Virus record (IMG/VR): IMGVR_UViG_2799112954_000004 | Coordinates: 10,459-74,458 of that record | DNA: 64,000 nucleotides | Source of the DNA: a virus | Lineage: Duplodnaviria; Caudoviricetes | Reading direction: 5' to 3' (one strand) | Part shown: positions 21,105 through 30,552 of the stretch, piece by piece | Numbering within the stretch: the stretch's first letter is position 1 | Layout of the letters: each line of letters opens with the position of its first letter | Translations under genes and position numbers: made by a program | Notes under the pieces: model-generated | The model's input: only the letters and a program-made list of their open reading frames with translations | Told to the model about the DNA's origin: nothing | Databases searched by the model: none

Positions 21105-21899
21105 TTAGAACTGATCGGCCAAATCGTCAAGTTCCTTATCAGTTAACTGTTTGGGTTTGTCGTCCCCATCGGAGTCATCTTTCTTGTGGGTGCCAGCCGT
21201 TCCTGCCTCGGAAGGTCCGAGCTTCTTCAGACCAGCATCTGCTCGCTCCTGATTGTACGACTCCAAATCCTCGGTCACCTCGTCAAGATAGTCCTGGAAA
21301 TCGTCTTCAGACTTGAAAGTGCTGGCAATTCTGTCAAACTCTCTCAATCGTCTCTCGCCGAATTTACCGGTGTCTTTGAGGATGGCTTGCAGTTTGGCTC
21401 TGCGGCCATTCGAGACATTTCCCTGCTTCAGTCTGGAAACCTCATCGCTCAGCTTATTCACAGAATCAGCCAAACTCTTTGCCCACGCCGGAGTAGCGTC
21501 CTTGTCATCATCATTTTCCTTCTTGGATTTGGCGCGACGTTGCTGACCATTCTTCTTACGGCCTGCCTTTCCTTCATCGCCATCGGGATCGTCATCACCG
21601 TTAGCGGAGTCGTCCGGCTCATCGTCATCATCGTCGTCTTCGTCTTGGTCGTGCTCTTGCCGATACTTGGCAATAGTACGCTGTGCGGAAATCTGTCCGT
21701 ACTTGAGGAGTTCCGTTGCCTTTTCGATGGCTTCATCAATGGCACCGTCAACGTCCTCGTCGGAGGCATTATCTTCGACATCAAGGTTATCGGCAATCTT
21801 AGCAGCGATACCCTTAATCTCACTACGACTGAAACCGAGCGCCTTTACATCCTTACTCGTTTTCAGCTTCTTCAGAACTTTTTGAAAATGTTTGTTCAT
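21105..21899 (-). CDS. Capsid scaffolding protein
   Basis: 264 aa, highly acidic low-complexity centre, TPAWAK motif, upstream of capsid genes. Confidence 0.7.
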   Translation of the reverse strand: MNKHFQKVLKKLKTSKDVKALGFSRSEIKGIAAKIADNLDVEDNASDEDVDGAIDEAIEKATELLKYGQISAQRTIAKYRQEHDQDEDDDDDDEPDDSANGDDDPDGDEGKAGRKKNGQQRRAKSKKENDDDKDATPAWAKSLADSVNKLSDEVSRLKQGNVSNGRRAKLQAILKDTGKFGERRLREFDRIASTFKSEDDFQDYLDEVTEDLESYNQERADAGLKKLGPSEAGTAGTHKKDDSDGDDKPKQLTDKELDDLADQF

Positions 21900-22015
21900 T
21901 ACTATTATAGTTTAATGTGAGTTATCGCAGTCGTATGCGAACAGACTTTCTCAGAACCATATAGCAAGAGCAATGTTTCAACTAAGTTCTGTTGCGCACG
22001 TCTTACTACGCATCG

Positions 22016-22047
22016 CAAAAATACGAAATATATTTGAAAGACAAATA
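22016..22047 (-). promoter_or_regulatory. Class II promoter (head operon)
   Basis: TTTG-18 nt-TATTTTTG; TATTTGAAAGACAAATA at 22031-22047; near-identical to 36453-36484. Confidence 0.7.
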
Positions 22048-22096
22048 CTTTAATGAAGATTTAACAATCGTTATACATTCTGCGCTACGCATAACG

Positions 22097-22131
22097 AAAA
22101 AGGAGCCGACGGTATGGAAACCGCCAGCCCC
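22097..22131 (-). terminator. Intrinsic terminator
   Basis: GGGGCTGGCGG/CCGTCGGCTCC stem followed by T5. Confidence 0.7.
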
Positions 22132-22162
22132 TAAGAAACATATATGAGCAATGAAAAATTGC

Positions 22163-23071
22163 CTAATCGAAATTGTGCTCCTGCTTGTACTTGGCTATTC
22201 TCTCCAGCTCCTTGGAGCAATAGTCCTCATCGTACCGCATCAGCATATCATAGCACCACGCTGCCGTTATCGACTCCTCTGATCCATCGAACACCTTGAT
22301 ATCCTCCTTCCTCGGTAGATTGTGGATGAAGACGTCACGACACAGCTCCCACTTCCCGCTTACCATCGTATAGCCGTCAGATTTGACAATCCATGTCCGG
22401 CTCACCGTCTCACTGATGGAGATACGACCGCCATTCCGCTTCATAGCGTCAACGACCATGTTGGCTTTCTCGGAGCTATGCTCATAATGGTACTCGGAGC
22501 ATTGGTGGAGCAGTCTCAGCTTCAGCCAAAGAGAGCTAATCAATGGCTCAGCGTCCTGGAATGAGAAACTCCACATCTCACCACAGCACCTGCACTCAAT
22601 GAGCACCTTCAACTCGGTCTCGGTGTTCTTGACTCCGCACACATAGAGGGTGTCTCTCAGACCATTATAGCCATAGTTCACCAAAAATCCCTTCTCGCTT
22701 GGCTTACCGAATTGCTTATCAAGCGGAAGGCCGTGAGGGCAACGGACGTTAACAAGCAATCCCATTTCTTCGCTTTTTAGCTGCATGGTGCCACACTTCA
22801 TCATGTCTTCTATATCCTCAGCTTTCAGCTTGTAGACGTTGACACGGAGCATATTGGGGATGAACTCACTCTGACCTATAGGACTCGGAGTGGTGAAGTC
22901 TCCAACCTCTATTCCGTCCTCGTCCGGCGTAGAGATGCGCCAATAGCAATTCAGAGGACTTCCATTGTAAAGGATGTCCATCAACTGCTCATAACGGCAG
23001 TAATACATACTCTCGCAGCTGCCTATCTTGACACGCTGTCTGTCACTCTTTCTAATTGCGTACTCTCCCAT
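22163..23071 (-). CDS. Hypothetical accessory protein
   Basis: 302 aa with several Cys pairs; third gene of a class I operon. Confidence 0.75.
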   Translation of the reverse strand: MGEYAIRKSDRQRVKIGSCESMYYCRYEQLMDILYNGSPLNCYWRISTPDEDGIEVGDFTTPSPIGQSEFIPNMLRVNVYKLKAEDIEDMMKCGTMQLKSEEMGLLVNVRCPHGLPLDKQFGKPSEKGFLVNYGYNGLRDTLYVCGVKNTETELKVLIECRCCGEMWSFSFQDAEPLISSLWLKLRLLHQCSEYHYEHSSEKANMVVDAMKRNGGRISISETVSRTWIVKSDGYTMVSGKWELCRDVFIHNLPRKEDIKVFDGSEESITAAWCYDMLMRYDEDYCSKELERIAKYKQEHNFD

Positions 23072-23074
23072 AGC

Positions 23075-23368
23075 TTACAAACAGATTAAACGGTTCTTTG
23101 TTTCTGCATACTTCATAGCTCTCTCGATTCCGTCTTTCTGGCCGTTGAGTTTTGCGATTACTCTTTCTACCTTCTCAACCTCTGCCAGGTCCTTAGCGAA
23201 CAATTCTGCACCGCACTTGACGGTGTTCATTCGCTTATTGAGGGAACGGATCTGCTGCTTTACCTTACGGCTGTTGATGTACTGACCAGCGTCTATGAAC
23301 GCGAACAGCTTGTTGGCCATAGAGTCGGAACTGGTCTGCTTGATTTGCAGTAACTCTTTTGTTTCCAT
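23075..23368 (-). CDS. Hypothetical coiled-coil protein
   Basis: METKELLQIKQ...; start preceded by leader motif and AAAAGCA. Confidence 0.7.
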   Translation of the reverse strand: METKELLQIKQTSSDSMANKLFAFIDAGQYINSRKVKQQIRSLNKRMNTVKCGAELFAKDLAEVEKVERVIAKLNGQKDGIERAMKYAETKNRLICL

Positions 23369-23397
23369 TGCTTTTAACTTTATGCGTTTCTTATTTA

Positions 23398-23667
23398 CTA
23401 CTTCCAAGGATAATCCATCTCGAACTTCATAGCAACCGTCTCGCTCTTCTTGAACGATACGCTGCAAATCCCGTAATTCTTATCGCTACGATAGATGATT
23501 TTGCCGAGGCCCTTAACAAAGGCTCTGTGGCCAACGCTCATAAGGTAATCAATAGCGTCTCTCACAGTTCCGAAAGACTTGACGACCGATACCTCTGTCT
23601 CCTCCATCTTCTTAGCCTCGTTATTGAGGTGGGAGACTGTTCTGACGATTTTCACTTCCTTTTCCAT
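23398..23667 (-). CDS. Hypothetical protein
   Basis: 89 aa, first gene after class I promoter. Confidence 0.7.
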   Translation of the reverse strand: MEKEVKIVRTVSHLNNEAKKMEETEVSVVKSFGTVRDAIDYLMSVGHRAFVKGLGKIIYRSDKNYGICSVSFKKSETVAMKFEMDYPWK

Positions 23668-23684
23668 TGCTTTTGGTGTTTATA

Positions 23685-23736
23685 ATGTTTCTTATTTACA
23701 AGTGTAAAGGTAGTTATTTTCACCGATTTATGCAAA
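23685..23736 (-). promoter_or_regulatory. Class I promoter/operator/leader unit
   Basis: TTTG-20 nt-TACCTTTA then TGTAAATAAGAAACAT; operator variant at 23712-23724. Confidence 0.75.
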
Positions 23737-23786
23737 CAAAGTGCCGATTATTTTCTTTCTCGAGAACTAAAGAAACTTAACGAGAA

Positions 23787-23816
23787 ATGGCACCCAAGTC
23801 TCTGCTTGAATGCCAT
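23787..23816 (-). terminator. Hairpin/likely terminator after portal-MuF operon
   Basis: ATGGCATTCAAG/CTTGGGTGCCAT 12-bp stem; weak U tract. Confidence 0.5.
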
Positions 23817-23820
23817 TCTC

Positions 23821-24045
23821 TTACTTGTACTTACTCAGCCAAAACGCTTTGTACTTCATAGCTTGCTCTACGGATATTCCGTACAGCTTGCACTCGTATG
23901 AGAGCTGAGTCTTGTCGTTCGTCATCTTCTCACGATAAAGCATTCCCCAAACACATCCTGCACGATGCTTAATCTCTGTTTCTGCACTAACCGTGAATTC
24001 GGAATGCATCTTCGTGGTCAGTTCTTCCTTCAATTCGTGTTCCAT
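23821..24045 (-). CDS. Small protein after MuF (candidate immunity protein)
   Basis: 74 aa, 12 nt downstream of the MuF fusion. Confidence 0.6.
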   Translation of the reverse strand: MEHELKEELTTKMHSEFTVSAETEIKHRAGCVWGMLYREKMTNDKTQLSYECKLYGISVEQAMKYKAFWLSKYK

Positions 24046-24057
24046 AATGCAAAGATA

Positions 24058-25791
24058 CTAATCTACTTCGGATAATCCAACATAATCGTGGAGATAATTC
24101 AACTGGGGCAGATCATTAAGCCGCAGAAAGCCGTTCCAGTGAGTTCCAAGAAGCATTTCCTTTCCAAAGTCCAAAGATGCAATGTAATTCATCGGAGTAA
24201 CATCACCCATCTTTTTCAGCCTGGAGGTGACGATATTGTATTGCTCCTTTGTTATCACTTTGTCATCATAACGCATTTTGGCGAGGTCTTGTATCTCCGA
24301 GGTCTTAGCACAGAAACCATATTTGGCCCAGCAATAGCCTCCGACATCGATATTGGCTTTCACCCTTACTTCATCAACACCCATATTCTCATACTCAGAG
24401 AACAGGCTTCTGAAGATGGCTTTTGAAATTCCCTTCCCCTGCAGTTCCTCTGGGAGGTCAAACAACGCGTGGTCGACAATAATGCGATTACCCTCCTTAA
24501 AAAAGACTCTGTTCAGTTCAACGTCTTCGTCATCAGAACTCAGCCCTTTATAATTCATGGAGACTGAACCGTTATCCAAGAACGAAATGGTCTTTCCACT
24601 CCAATAAATCTCGTGCTTGTCTCCAATCTTCTCCATACTCTCATCGAAGCCTTTGAGGTTGAAGCCTTTCATAGCTGAATGGTTATACCTATCAGCATCA
24701 AATCGGTTGAAGTTGAGCGAATGAAGCTCCTCAACAAGCTCTTTCGACACAAGGAACGTTCTCGCTTTCTCCTTCTCCATCTCTTCCTTATACACCTTCT
24801 TGTTGTCTCTAAGGAAATATGGGAGGGTGCCCTTTCTCTCCGAGGCTTTGATAGTATCCTCGTTTTTGACCAGCCATTGGGAAAACCTCCTTGGATAGCC
24901 TTTGGGAGCGTTGACGCTTGTAGTGCTATCACTCCAAAACTCTTCTTCCGTTTTGAGCACTGGGATGCAGTAACAAAAGCAATTAGGGTGCCAACCCGTG
25001 AACTTGAAATCTTTCGGGTAAACGCCTTGCAGGTCGTCACAGATGTCCTGCCGAGGATGGGACTTGCTGAGCTTTATGCGGTAACCTACCACAAAATCCA
25101 GTTTCTTCCAACGCTCCTGCTCTGCTGTTCTGTAAGCCATATTGATCTCCGTCCGGGCAAGTCGGATGGAGTTATACTCACAGTTATGGCAATCGGTTGC
25201 CTTGCCATACTTCTCCTTATAGTCTTTCTTAAGACTCTCGAAGTTCTGAAGATATTTGCTCAGACGCTTACTGAGGGTAACAGCACTAATTCCTTTCTCA
25301 ATGCCACTCGACAAAGCATTTTCAAGCTCAGTCTTATACTCGCCTGACTGCTTCCAAAGTTTTTCAGAGAGGTTCATTCCTTTATCCCTCCTTCTTTGGA
25401 ATGCTTTCAGCGCGTCGCTGTTCGGGTCGTAATAGACCTTATGCTTCTTGCCTCCGGCCTTACTGCCATAATACTTCAGCATCTTATTCACAAGCAGGTC
25501 TTGGAGCAAGTTGCTCTCCTTCCATTCCTGCGATGTGCCAGTGTATATGACGGCTCGGATATTGCTGACAAACGCACTTCTCAGCTTATTCACAGCGTCT
25601 GCGGTCTGAGGATAATTCGAGAACGAAAACGGCGTGGCTTGGGACCCATCGTAATCAGTCCTTAGAGCGATTTGCGACGCTTCCAAATTCAGCATATCGT
25701 AAATTTGCTGCACCATGATGGAGTATTTGTTTATCCTACTCCGTAGCGCAGCGTATGCCTTTTGCTGGTTAGGTGTTCTGGGTTTGGCCAT
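24058..25791 (-). CDS. MuF/SPP1 gp7-like minor head protein with C-terminal GNAT-like extension
   Basis: RLARTEINMAY, CDDLQGVYPK, GWHPNCFC (MuF); C-terminal LPEELQGKGISKAIF...ANIDVGGYCWAKYGF (acetyl-CoA-binding motif A-like). Confidence 0.85.
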   Translation of the reverse strand: MAKPRTPNQQKAYAALRSRINKYSIMVQQIYDMLNLEASQIALRTDYDGSQATPFSFSNYPQTADAVNKLRSAFVSNIRAVIYTGTSQEWKESNLLQDLLVNKMLKYYGSKAGGKKHKVYYDPNSDALKAFQRRRDKGMNLSEKLWKQSGEYKTELENALSSGIEKGISAVTLSKRLSKYLQNFESLKKDYKEKYGKATDCHNCEYNSIRLARTEINMAYRTAEQERWKKLDFVVGYRIKLSKSHPRQDICDDLQGVYPKDFKFTGWHPNCFCYCIPVLKTEEEFWSDSTTSVNAPKGYPRRFSQWLVKNEDTIKASERKGTLPYFLRDNKKVYKEEMEKEKARTFLVSKELVEELHSLNFNRFDADRYNHSAMKGFNLKGFDESMEKIGDKHEIYWSGKTISFLDNGSVSMNYKGLSSDDEDVELNRVFFKEGNRIIVDHALFDLPEELQGKGISKAIFRSLFSEYENMGVDEVRVKANIDVGGYCWAKYGFCAKTSEIQDLAKMRYDDKVITKEQYNIVTSRLKKMGDVTPMNYIASLDFGKEMLLGTHWNGFLRLNDLPQLNYLHDYVGLSEVD

Positions 25792-25984
25792 TTCTTCTCA
25801 ATTTGAATTTGTCTGAGCAACCATCCATGGAAAGCAGCTTGCAGTATTCAGCAAACTTGCACCGACATAAAATCGGCTCTCCTTTGAGACTCATGGAGTG
25901 ATAGTCGTAGGCATTCTCGCAATCACGACAATGCCCGAAATGTTTGGGCTGAGGGCTACTTGCCTTCCGTCTTTTCGTCACCAT
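25769..25984 (-). CDS. Small Cys-rich protein
   Basis: CRDC...CRC..C..C, 71 aa. Confidence 0.6.
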   Translation of the reverse strand: MVTKRRKASSPQPKHFGHCRDCENAYDYHSMSLKGEPILCRCKFAEYCKLLSMDGCSDKFKLRRNGQTQNT

Positions 25985-26288
25985 GGATATACATATTTAA
26001 GCTACCCTCGACAACGGTAACATCGCCTGAGCGTCTTACCTTGTACTCGATATGAGATTTCAGCGCTCTGAATATTGCCAGGGCGACGCGGTTCTTGGTG
26101 TCTTTTAGGATAGCTTTATTTGCTACCCGTTGAGACATTTTATACTCCTTTTGCCACTTTTTACGGTCTTTCTTAGTATAAGTAAGGCCAATGCCAACTT
26201 TCTTAACATCGTAGCCGTACAGTGCCTTTTCCTCGCCCAAAATGCGCTCTCCTGCTTTGATAAGGAGATAACCTAATTTCTTGATCAT
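25956..26288 (-). CDS. Hypothetical protein
   Basis: MIKKLGYLL..., overlaps neighbours. Confidence 0.6.
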   Translation of the reverse strand: MIKKLGYLLIKAGERILGEEKALYGYDVKKVGIGLTYTKKDRKKWQKEYKMSQRVANKAILKDTKNRVALAIFRALKSHIEYKVRRSGDVTVVEGSLNMYIHGDEKTEGK

Positions 26289-26494
26289 ATCTCTACCTTT
26301 GATTCTACTGCGTAACAAATACTCACGACCATTCCGAACTCGTTTGTGCACTCTCTACGGACAAACTCGATGGACGAGACAGGTAATCCAGTCTCGTCCT
26401 CAAACTGATGGAGCTGTTCGGAAATACTTTTCTCCAGCAGGAATTTCTTGTCTCTAATCTCTGAAACGTCCATACTACTCGGCTCCTTCATCAA
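26285..26494 (-). CDS. Hypothetical protein
   Basis: 69 aa directly after portal. Confidence 0.55.
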   Translation of the reverse strand: MMKEPSSMDVSEIRDKKFLLEKSISEQLHQFEDETGLPVSSIEFVRRECTNEFGMVVSICYAVESKVEI

Positions 26495-27893
26495 AGACGT
26501 TATTCATTCTCGTAGCAGTGGACGACGCCTCCTCTTGCTGAATTTGCTTCAGCGTCTCTTCCGGATCATCGCTTTCTCCAAATGCCTTGATGGAGTCAAG
26601 CTGACTCATAACAGCCTTACCGCCATTGCCGGCAGTCAACGTTTCGATGCGTCTTTTTTTATCGTTCTGAATGAATGGAGTGATGACGTTCTCGATATCC
26701 ACGTTATCGACCTCCTTAGCCCACTTCACATTCATCACTTTCAAAAACGCCTTGACAACATTATTCTCTCGCTCAAAGAACTCAAGCCATGGACCCGACT
26801 CATCACCGATTCTCAGATGGGCATCCATCAGCATGGTCATTCTCGCATCGTAACCGATATTGCCGAGCGCTTTCATATTCTCGAAACTGATGTCCGGCAT
26901 TTGCGACTGCATGAAAAACAGCTTCAACAGCGTATCAACCTGGTACTTCAAAGCATCTATCGCCTGATTCCAAGAAACGTACTCAATCTTACCGCCATTG
27001 GAGAGCTGCCAAACACGCTTTGTCTCGCCTTTCTTCTCGTTGCCCTGCAATGCTCCAGTAACAGCAAGGATAGGCGAAGCGTTATACGCCAAGATATTGC
27101 TCTCTCTCGATAAGCCATATTCAATCTCCTCACGCAACACAGAAAGGCCATCATAGACTGGCCGAGGGCGCCAATTATACACACCTGGAATCTTCAAAAT
27201 GATGATGTCCTCACCTCCTTCCGGAGTCTCATCGACCCATCCACCCTCGTTTCCATCATTCTTCCACTTGAAATGCTTGTTCTCAGAGAACGTCTCGAAG
27301 AATGTGTACTCTGTGTCCTTAACCTTACGCTTGTACTCATAGGACATTCCTATCATATCGCCAAGCTCGTCAAGCAACGGATACAGCTTCACGCCGTCCA
27401 TGGGAGAGAAAGTCTTGCACTTCAGCTTATACATCGACGGAAAGCCATAGAGGTCATTGGGCTTCTCCACGACATACCACAAGGTGAATATCTCGCAAGA
27501 CGCATAGTAAGCAAGCCCACGCTTGATGTTCTCGCTGTCGATATGAGCATACTTATAAATCTTCTCGATAGCTGCGGCAATCTGCTGGCGGGTCTCATTA
27601 CCGTCAATGTTTGAATACACTCGCTTGACTGGTATGGAAAACGTGAACTCAGTAATACGCTTGGAGATAAGTTTCTCCAAACCTACGGTTATTCTTGCCG
27701 ATGGCTCTTTGACTCCATCGCTTCTGATCTTATCCTCCAGCCTTTGCTTATCAGTAAGAATGTGATGAAACTTCGGCTCGTAGTCCTGCAATAGCACCGA
27801 CCATGACGGAACGGTTACGGATTTTTCTTTCAGTGAGCTAATGCGGTCAATAATCGACCTATCTAAGCTAAGAATATCATTAATATCTTCCAT
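26475..27893 (-). CDS. Portal protein (SPP1 gp6-like)
   Basis: ~472 aa between terminase and MuF; SQMPDISFENMKALGNIGYDAR pattern. Confidence 0.88.
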   Translation of the reverse strand: MEDINDILSLDRSIIDRISSLKEKSVTVPSWSVLLQDYEPKFHHILTDKQRLEDKIRSDGVKEPSARITVGLEKLISKRITEFTFSIPVKRVYSNIDGNETRQQIAAAIEKIYKYAHIDSENIKRGLAYYASCEIFTLWYVVEKPNDLYGFPSMYKLKCKTFSPMDGVKLYPLLDELGDMIGMSYEYKRKVKDTEYTFFETFSENKHFKWKNDGNEGGWVDETPEGGEDIIILKIPGVYNWRPRPVYDGLSVLREEIEYGLSRESNILAYNASPILAVTGALQGNEKKGETKRVWQLSNGGKIEYVSWNQAIDALKYQVDTLLKLFFMQSQMPDISFENMKALGNIGYDARMTMLMDAHLRIGDESGPWLEFFERENNVVKAFLKVMNVKWAKEVDNVDIENVITPFIQNDKKRRIETLTAGNGGKAVMSQLDSIKAFGESDDPEETLKQIQQEEASSTATRMNNVFDEGAE

Positions 27894-27914
27894 CTTTATG
27901 CTTTTTATTTTGCA

Positions 27915-27947
27915 CAAAGATAGGCAAAAGTATTTGAAAGACAAATG
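27915..27947 (-). promoter_or_regulatory. Class II promoter (portal operon)
   Basis: TTTG-19 nt-TATCTTTG; TATTTGAAAGACAAAT at 27931. Confidence 0.7.
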
Positions 27948-28061
27948 TTTTTAGCAACTTTTTTGCCGCCAACGAAACATTTTGCACTTTCTACTAACTT
28001 TTGCCTTCAAAAGTAAATAAGAAACTGCCTCTGCAGAAAAAACTATTTTCGACTGATGGAG

Positions 28062-28568
28062 CTAACCTCTATAATTCTCCATTATCCATGTCAGCATTTT
28101 GTTCTGGAGCCCTCTGTCAAGCTCAGTGAAAAACACATTGAAGTCACGTCCGCACGTCTCGAACTTCTGCCAAAGGTGATGTTCCAATCCAGTGCCTGCA
28201 AACACCTTGTCTATCCAGTAAGACGGAGAGTTGAACGTGAACATAATGTACTTCCTCATAGCATCCTTCTCTCTGTCGAGCTTATCAACAGCAATCGGTT
28301 TCACCTGCCGCCACCCTTTTGTGACTCCACGGATGATAAGGTTCGTCTCCAGCTCATAGTCCGGATGGTAGCCAATATGGTTCGGGTGCCCGTAGGCATC
28401 ATTCATCGAACGAAAGATATTGCTCGGGTTGGCGAACGGTCTTCTGTCATAGTCAAGGATACCGCCCTTAGTCAGCACCAATCCCTCGTCCTGCAGAGCC
28501 TTCAAAACTCCGTCGGGGTTTTCCTTTGAGCCTCTGCACCACACTTTGATTACTTTTTCTTCTTCCAT
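28062..28568 (-). CDS. Hypothetical accessory protein
   Basis: 168 aa. Confidence 0.7.
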   Translation of the reverse strand: MEEEKVIKVWCRGSKENPDGVLKALQDEGLVLTKGGILDYDRRPFANPSNIFRSMNDAYGHPNHIGYHPDYELETNLIIRGVTKGWRQVKPIAVDKLDREKDAMRKYIMFTFNSPSYWIDKVFAGTGLEHHLWQKFETCGRDFNVFFTELDRGLQNKMLTWIMENYRG

Positions 28569-28591
28569 AGTCCTTATGCTTTGATGTCCAG

Positions 28592-29551
28592 TTATTCCTC
28601 GTACAAATACTTGAAAGCCGCCTCTATGATGGAGGGGTAGGCCATATCCTTATACTTTCCGAAATGCCACAGATAGGTTCCATAGGTCCGTGCTATCTGA
28701 CCAACAGTCATATTCATGATTCCTCGCTTCACTATCTCGGTCTCAGTATCGGTAGAGATCTCCACTCTCTCAAAGACTGCCTCCTGCACATTGCCATCCT
28801 TGTCTTCAATGAGAGCTGTCTTACTGGTGTGGACGTAGCCACTCCAATCTCTGAAATTCTTCTGCTTGTAGCCTACCAGGTTGCCCTCGCCACGGAACTT
28901 ACGGCCAGTGGTCACCTTACAAGGGATGGAAACCTTGCAGTCGAACTTACCAAAGAACATCGACGGACAAGACACGTTCTTGGAGAAATACTCAGCCGAA
29001 AACTTCTTAAAGTCCTCAGCACAACTGTCCGGCATCTTACTGATGTCGTTATTCTCCCAACATGGGAGCATCTCGTTTCCATGACCGCTATCCCAATCAA
29101 CGAACACCTTTACCAACCGATGGCAGATGGAGTCCCAGCCGAGGTAATCAAAGCAATCTCCACCACCGCCATTGCCTATGTAGTACACCGGATTCTTCTT
29201 TCGGTTAGCTTCTTTCTCAGCCTGCTCAGCCTTATACTTAGCTTCCTCAGCCGCTTTCTGTTTCTCGATTGTGTCCTTTGTACACTTCAAGAAGTATTCC
29301 GAGTAAGTATTAAGGACTTCCTCGAGAGCCTTAATGGTGCCATTGTTCATAGCCTTTACCTCGGCTGGAGTCATCTTTAGGGTGATGGCATATTGCTTCA
29401 CCTCATCCTCAGATAATCCATTCAGAGAGTCGATAATTTTCTGATACGTCTCCGGACTCTTAACCTTCTGACTGGTTATGGAATCCACACACATCTGCTT
29501 GCAGGAAGTGTAATACTTCTCCTCTACAGCTACTAATCCTTTCTTAGTCAT
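28592..29551 (-). CDS. Hypothetical accessory protein
   Basis: 319 aa behind class I promoter. Confidence 0.75.
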   Translation of the reverse strand: MTKKGLVAVEEKYYTSCKQMCVDSITSQKVKSPETYQKIIDSLNGLSEDEVKQYAITLKMTPAEVKAMNNGTIKALEEVLNTYSEYFLKCTKDTIEKQKAAEEAKYKAEQAEKEANRKKNPVYYIGNGGGGDCFDYLGWDSICHRLVKVFVDWDSGHGNEMLPCWENNDISKMPDSCAEDFKKFSAEYFSKNVSCPSMFFGKFDCKVSIPCKVTTGRKFRGEGNLVGYKQKNFRDWSGYVHTSKTALIEDKDGNVQEAVFERVEISTDTETEIVKRGIMNMTVGQIARTYGTYLWHFGKYKDMAYPSIIEAAFKYLYEE

Positions 29552-29562
29552 ACGCTTTATTG

Positions 29563-29614
29563 ATGTTTCTTATTTACATATGTAAAGGTACTGAATTTCA
29601 CTGAGTTACGCAAT
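29563..29614 (-). promoter_or_regulatory. Class I promoter/operator/leader unit
   Basis: TACCTTTACA, ACTGAATTTCACT (29590-29602), 16/16 leader motif at 29563-29578. Confidence 0.75.
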
Positions 29615-29670
29615 CTTTTGGGCTTTTATTTCCTTCTCTAAAAGCTAAAAAAACTTAACTCATTTTTCAA

Positions 29671-30029
29671 CCTTTCCTGCAACTGGAGGAAAGGAAAAAT
29701 GCGCTTAGCGTTGTCGCCCAACGGGTTCTCGGTGTGCCGCCCAGTCTTAACGTTAGCCCTCAACGTGTTTCCTTATTTTACATCGGTAACACCCGAATCT
29801 CACATTTATGGTAGTGGGCCATATTTCTTACACATTTCGCCGTGCCAGTGCCGCTTGATAGGGACAACCAGGAAACCCTCACTCTTTCAAGTTCCTTTTT
29901 TGTTTCTGAGGTAGAGAGCAACTTCAAAGGCTCAACCGAAAATGCGGATAACTCTACCTGACGCTAATGATGCGTTTGTGGGCGTGTGGTACTCGCAACC
30001 ACAGGTGGCGGCTTCAACCGCACTCGCCC
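29671..30029 (-). ncRNA. Candidate ~360-nt structured RNA beginning with a tRNA-like minihelix
   Basis: No convincing minus-strand ORF; many stems (GGGCG/CGCCC, TGTGGT/ACCACA, AGGTAGAG/CTCTACCT, CGTTG/CAACG, CCTTTCCT/AGGAAAGG). Confidence 0.45.
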
Positions 30030-30035
30030 TATATC

Positions 30036-30434
30036 TTACAGCTTGTTTACCATCCAGTCTATCTCCTCGTCTGAGAGAGCGATACCGTTAGCCCGCTTCG
30101 TCTTGATGATGAAAGCGTAATCAAACTCCTGCTCGATCACAGCATCGAGGTTCCCTTTGTGATGAGCTACGAGGACTTGCTCAGCGAACTCACGCTTTTG
30201 GTTCTGGTAATCTGCTGCGAGAGCTTCAATATCTGACTCCAGCTTAGCCACCTTCTTGTTGAGGGCCGCTTTCTTATCTTCCATAGCCTTCATGTAGGGC
30301 GTTCCCAACATCACCGGGATGTCATTCTTGATATTCTCGCACATCGTATCGATGGTCTCAGTTCCAAACTCGTCTACCAAATAGCTGTCAGACTTCAACG
30401 ACTTCAACAACTCGATTTCCTTAGCTTTTTCCAT
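30036..30434 (-). CDS. Hypothetical accessory protein
   Basis: 132 aa behind class I promoter. Confidence 0.75.
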   Translation of the reverse strand: MEKAKEIELLKSLKSDSYLVDEFGTETIDTMCENIKNDIPVMLGTPYMKAMEDKKAALNKKVAKLESDIEALAADYQNQKREFAEQVLVAHHKGNLDAVIEQEFDYAFIIKTKRANGIALSDEEIDWMVNKL

Positions 30435-30460
30435 TGCTTCTAACCTTTAAGATGATTAAT

Positions 30461-30512
30461 TTGTTTCTTGTTTACATATGTAAAGGTAGTGATTTTCACT
30501 TGGTTGCGCAAA
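30461..30512 (-). promoter_or_regulatory. Class I promoter/operator/leader unit
   Basis: AGTGATTTTCACT at 30488-30500; leader 14/16. Confidence 0.75.
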
Positions 30513-30552
30513 CAGACACCCAATTATTTTTCATTCTAAAAACTAAAGAAAC

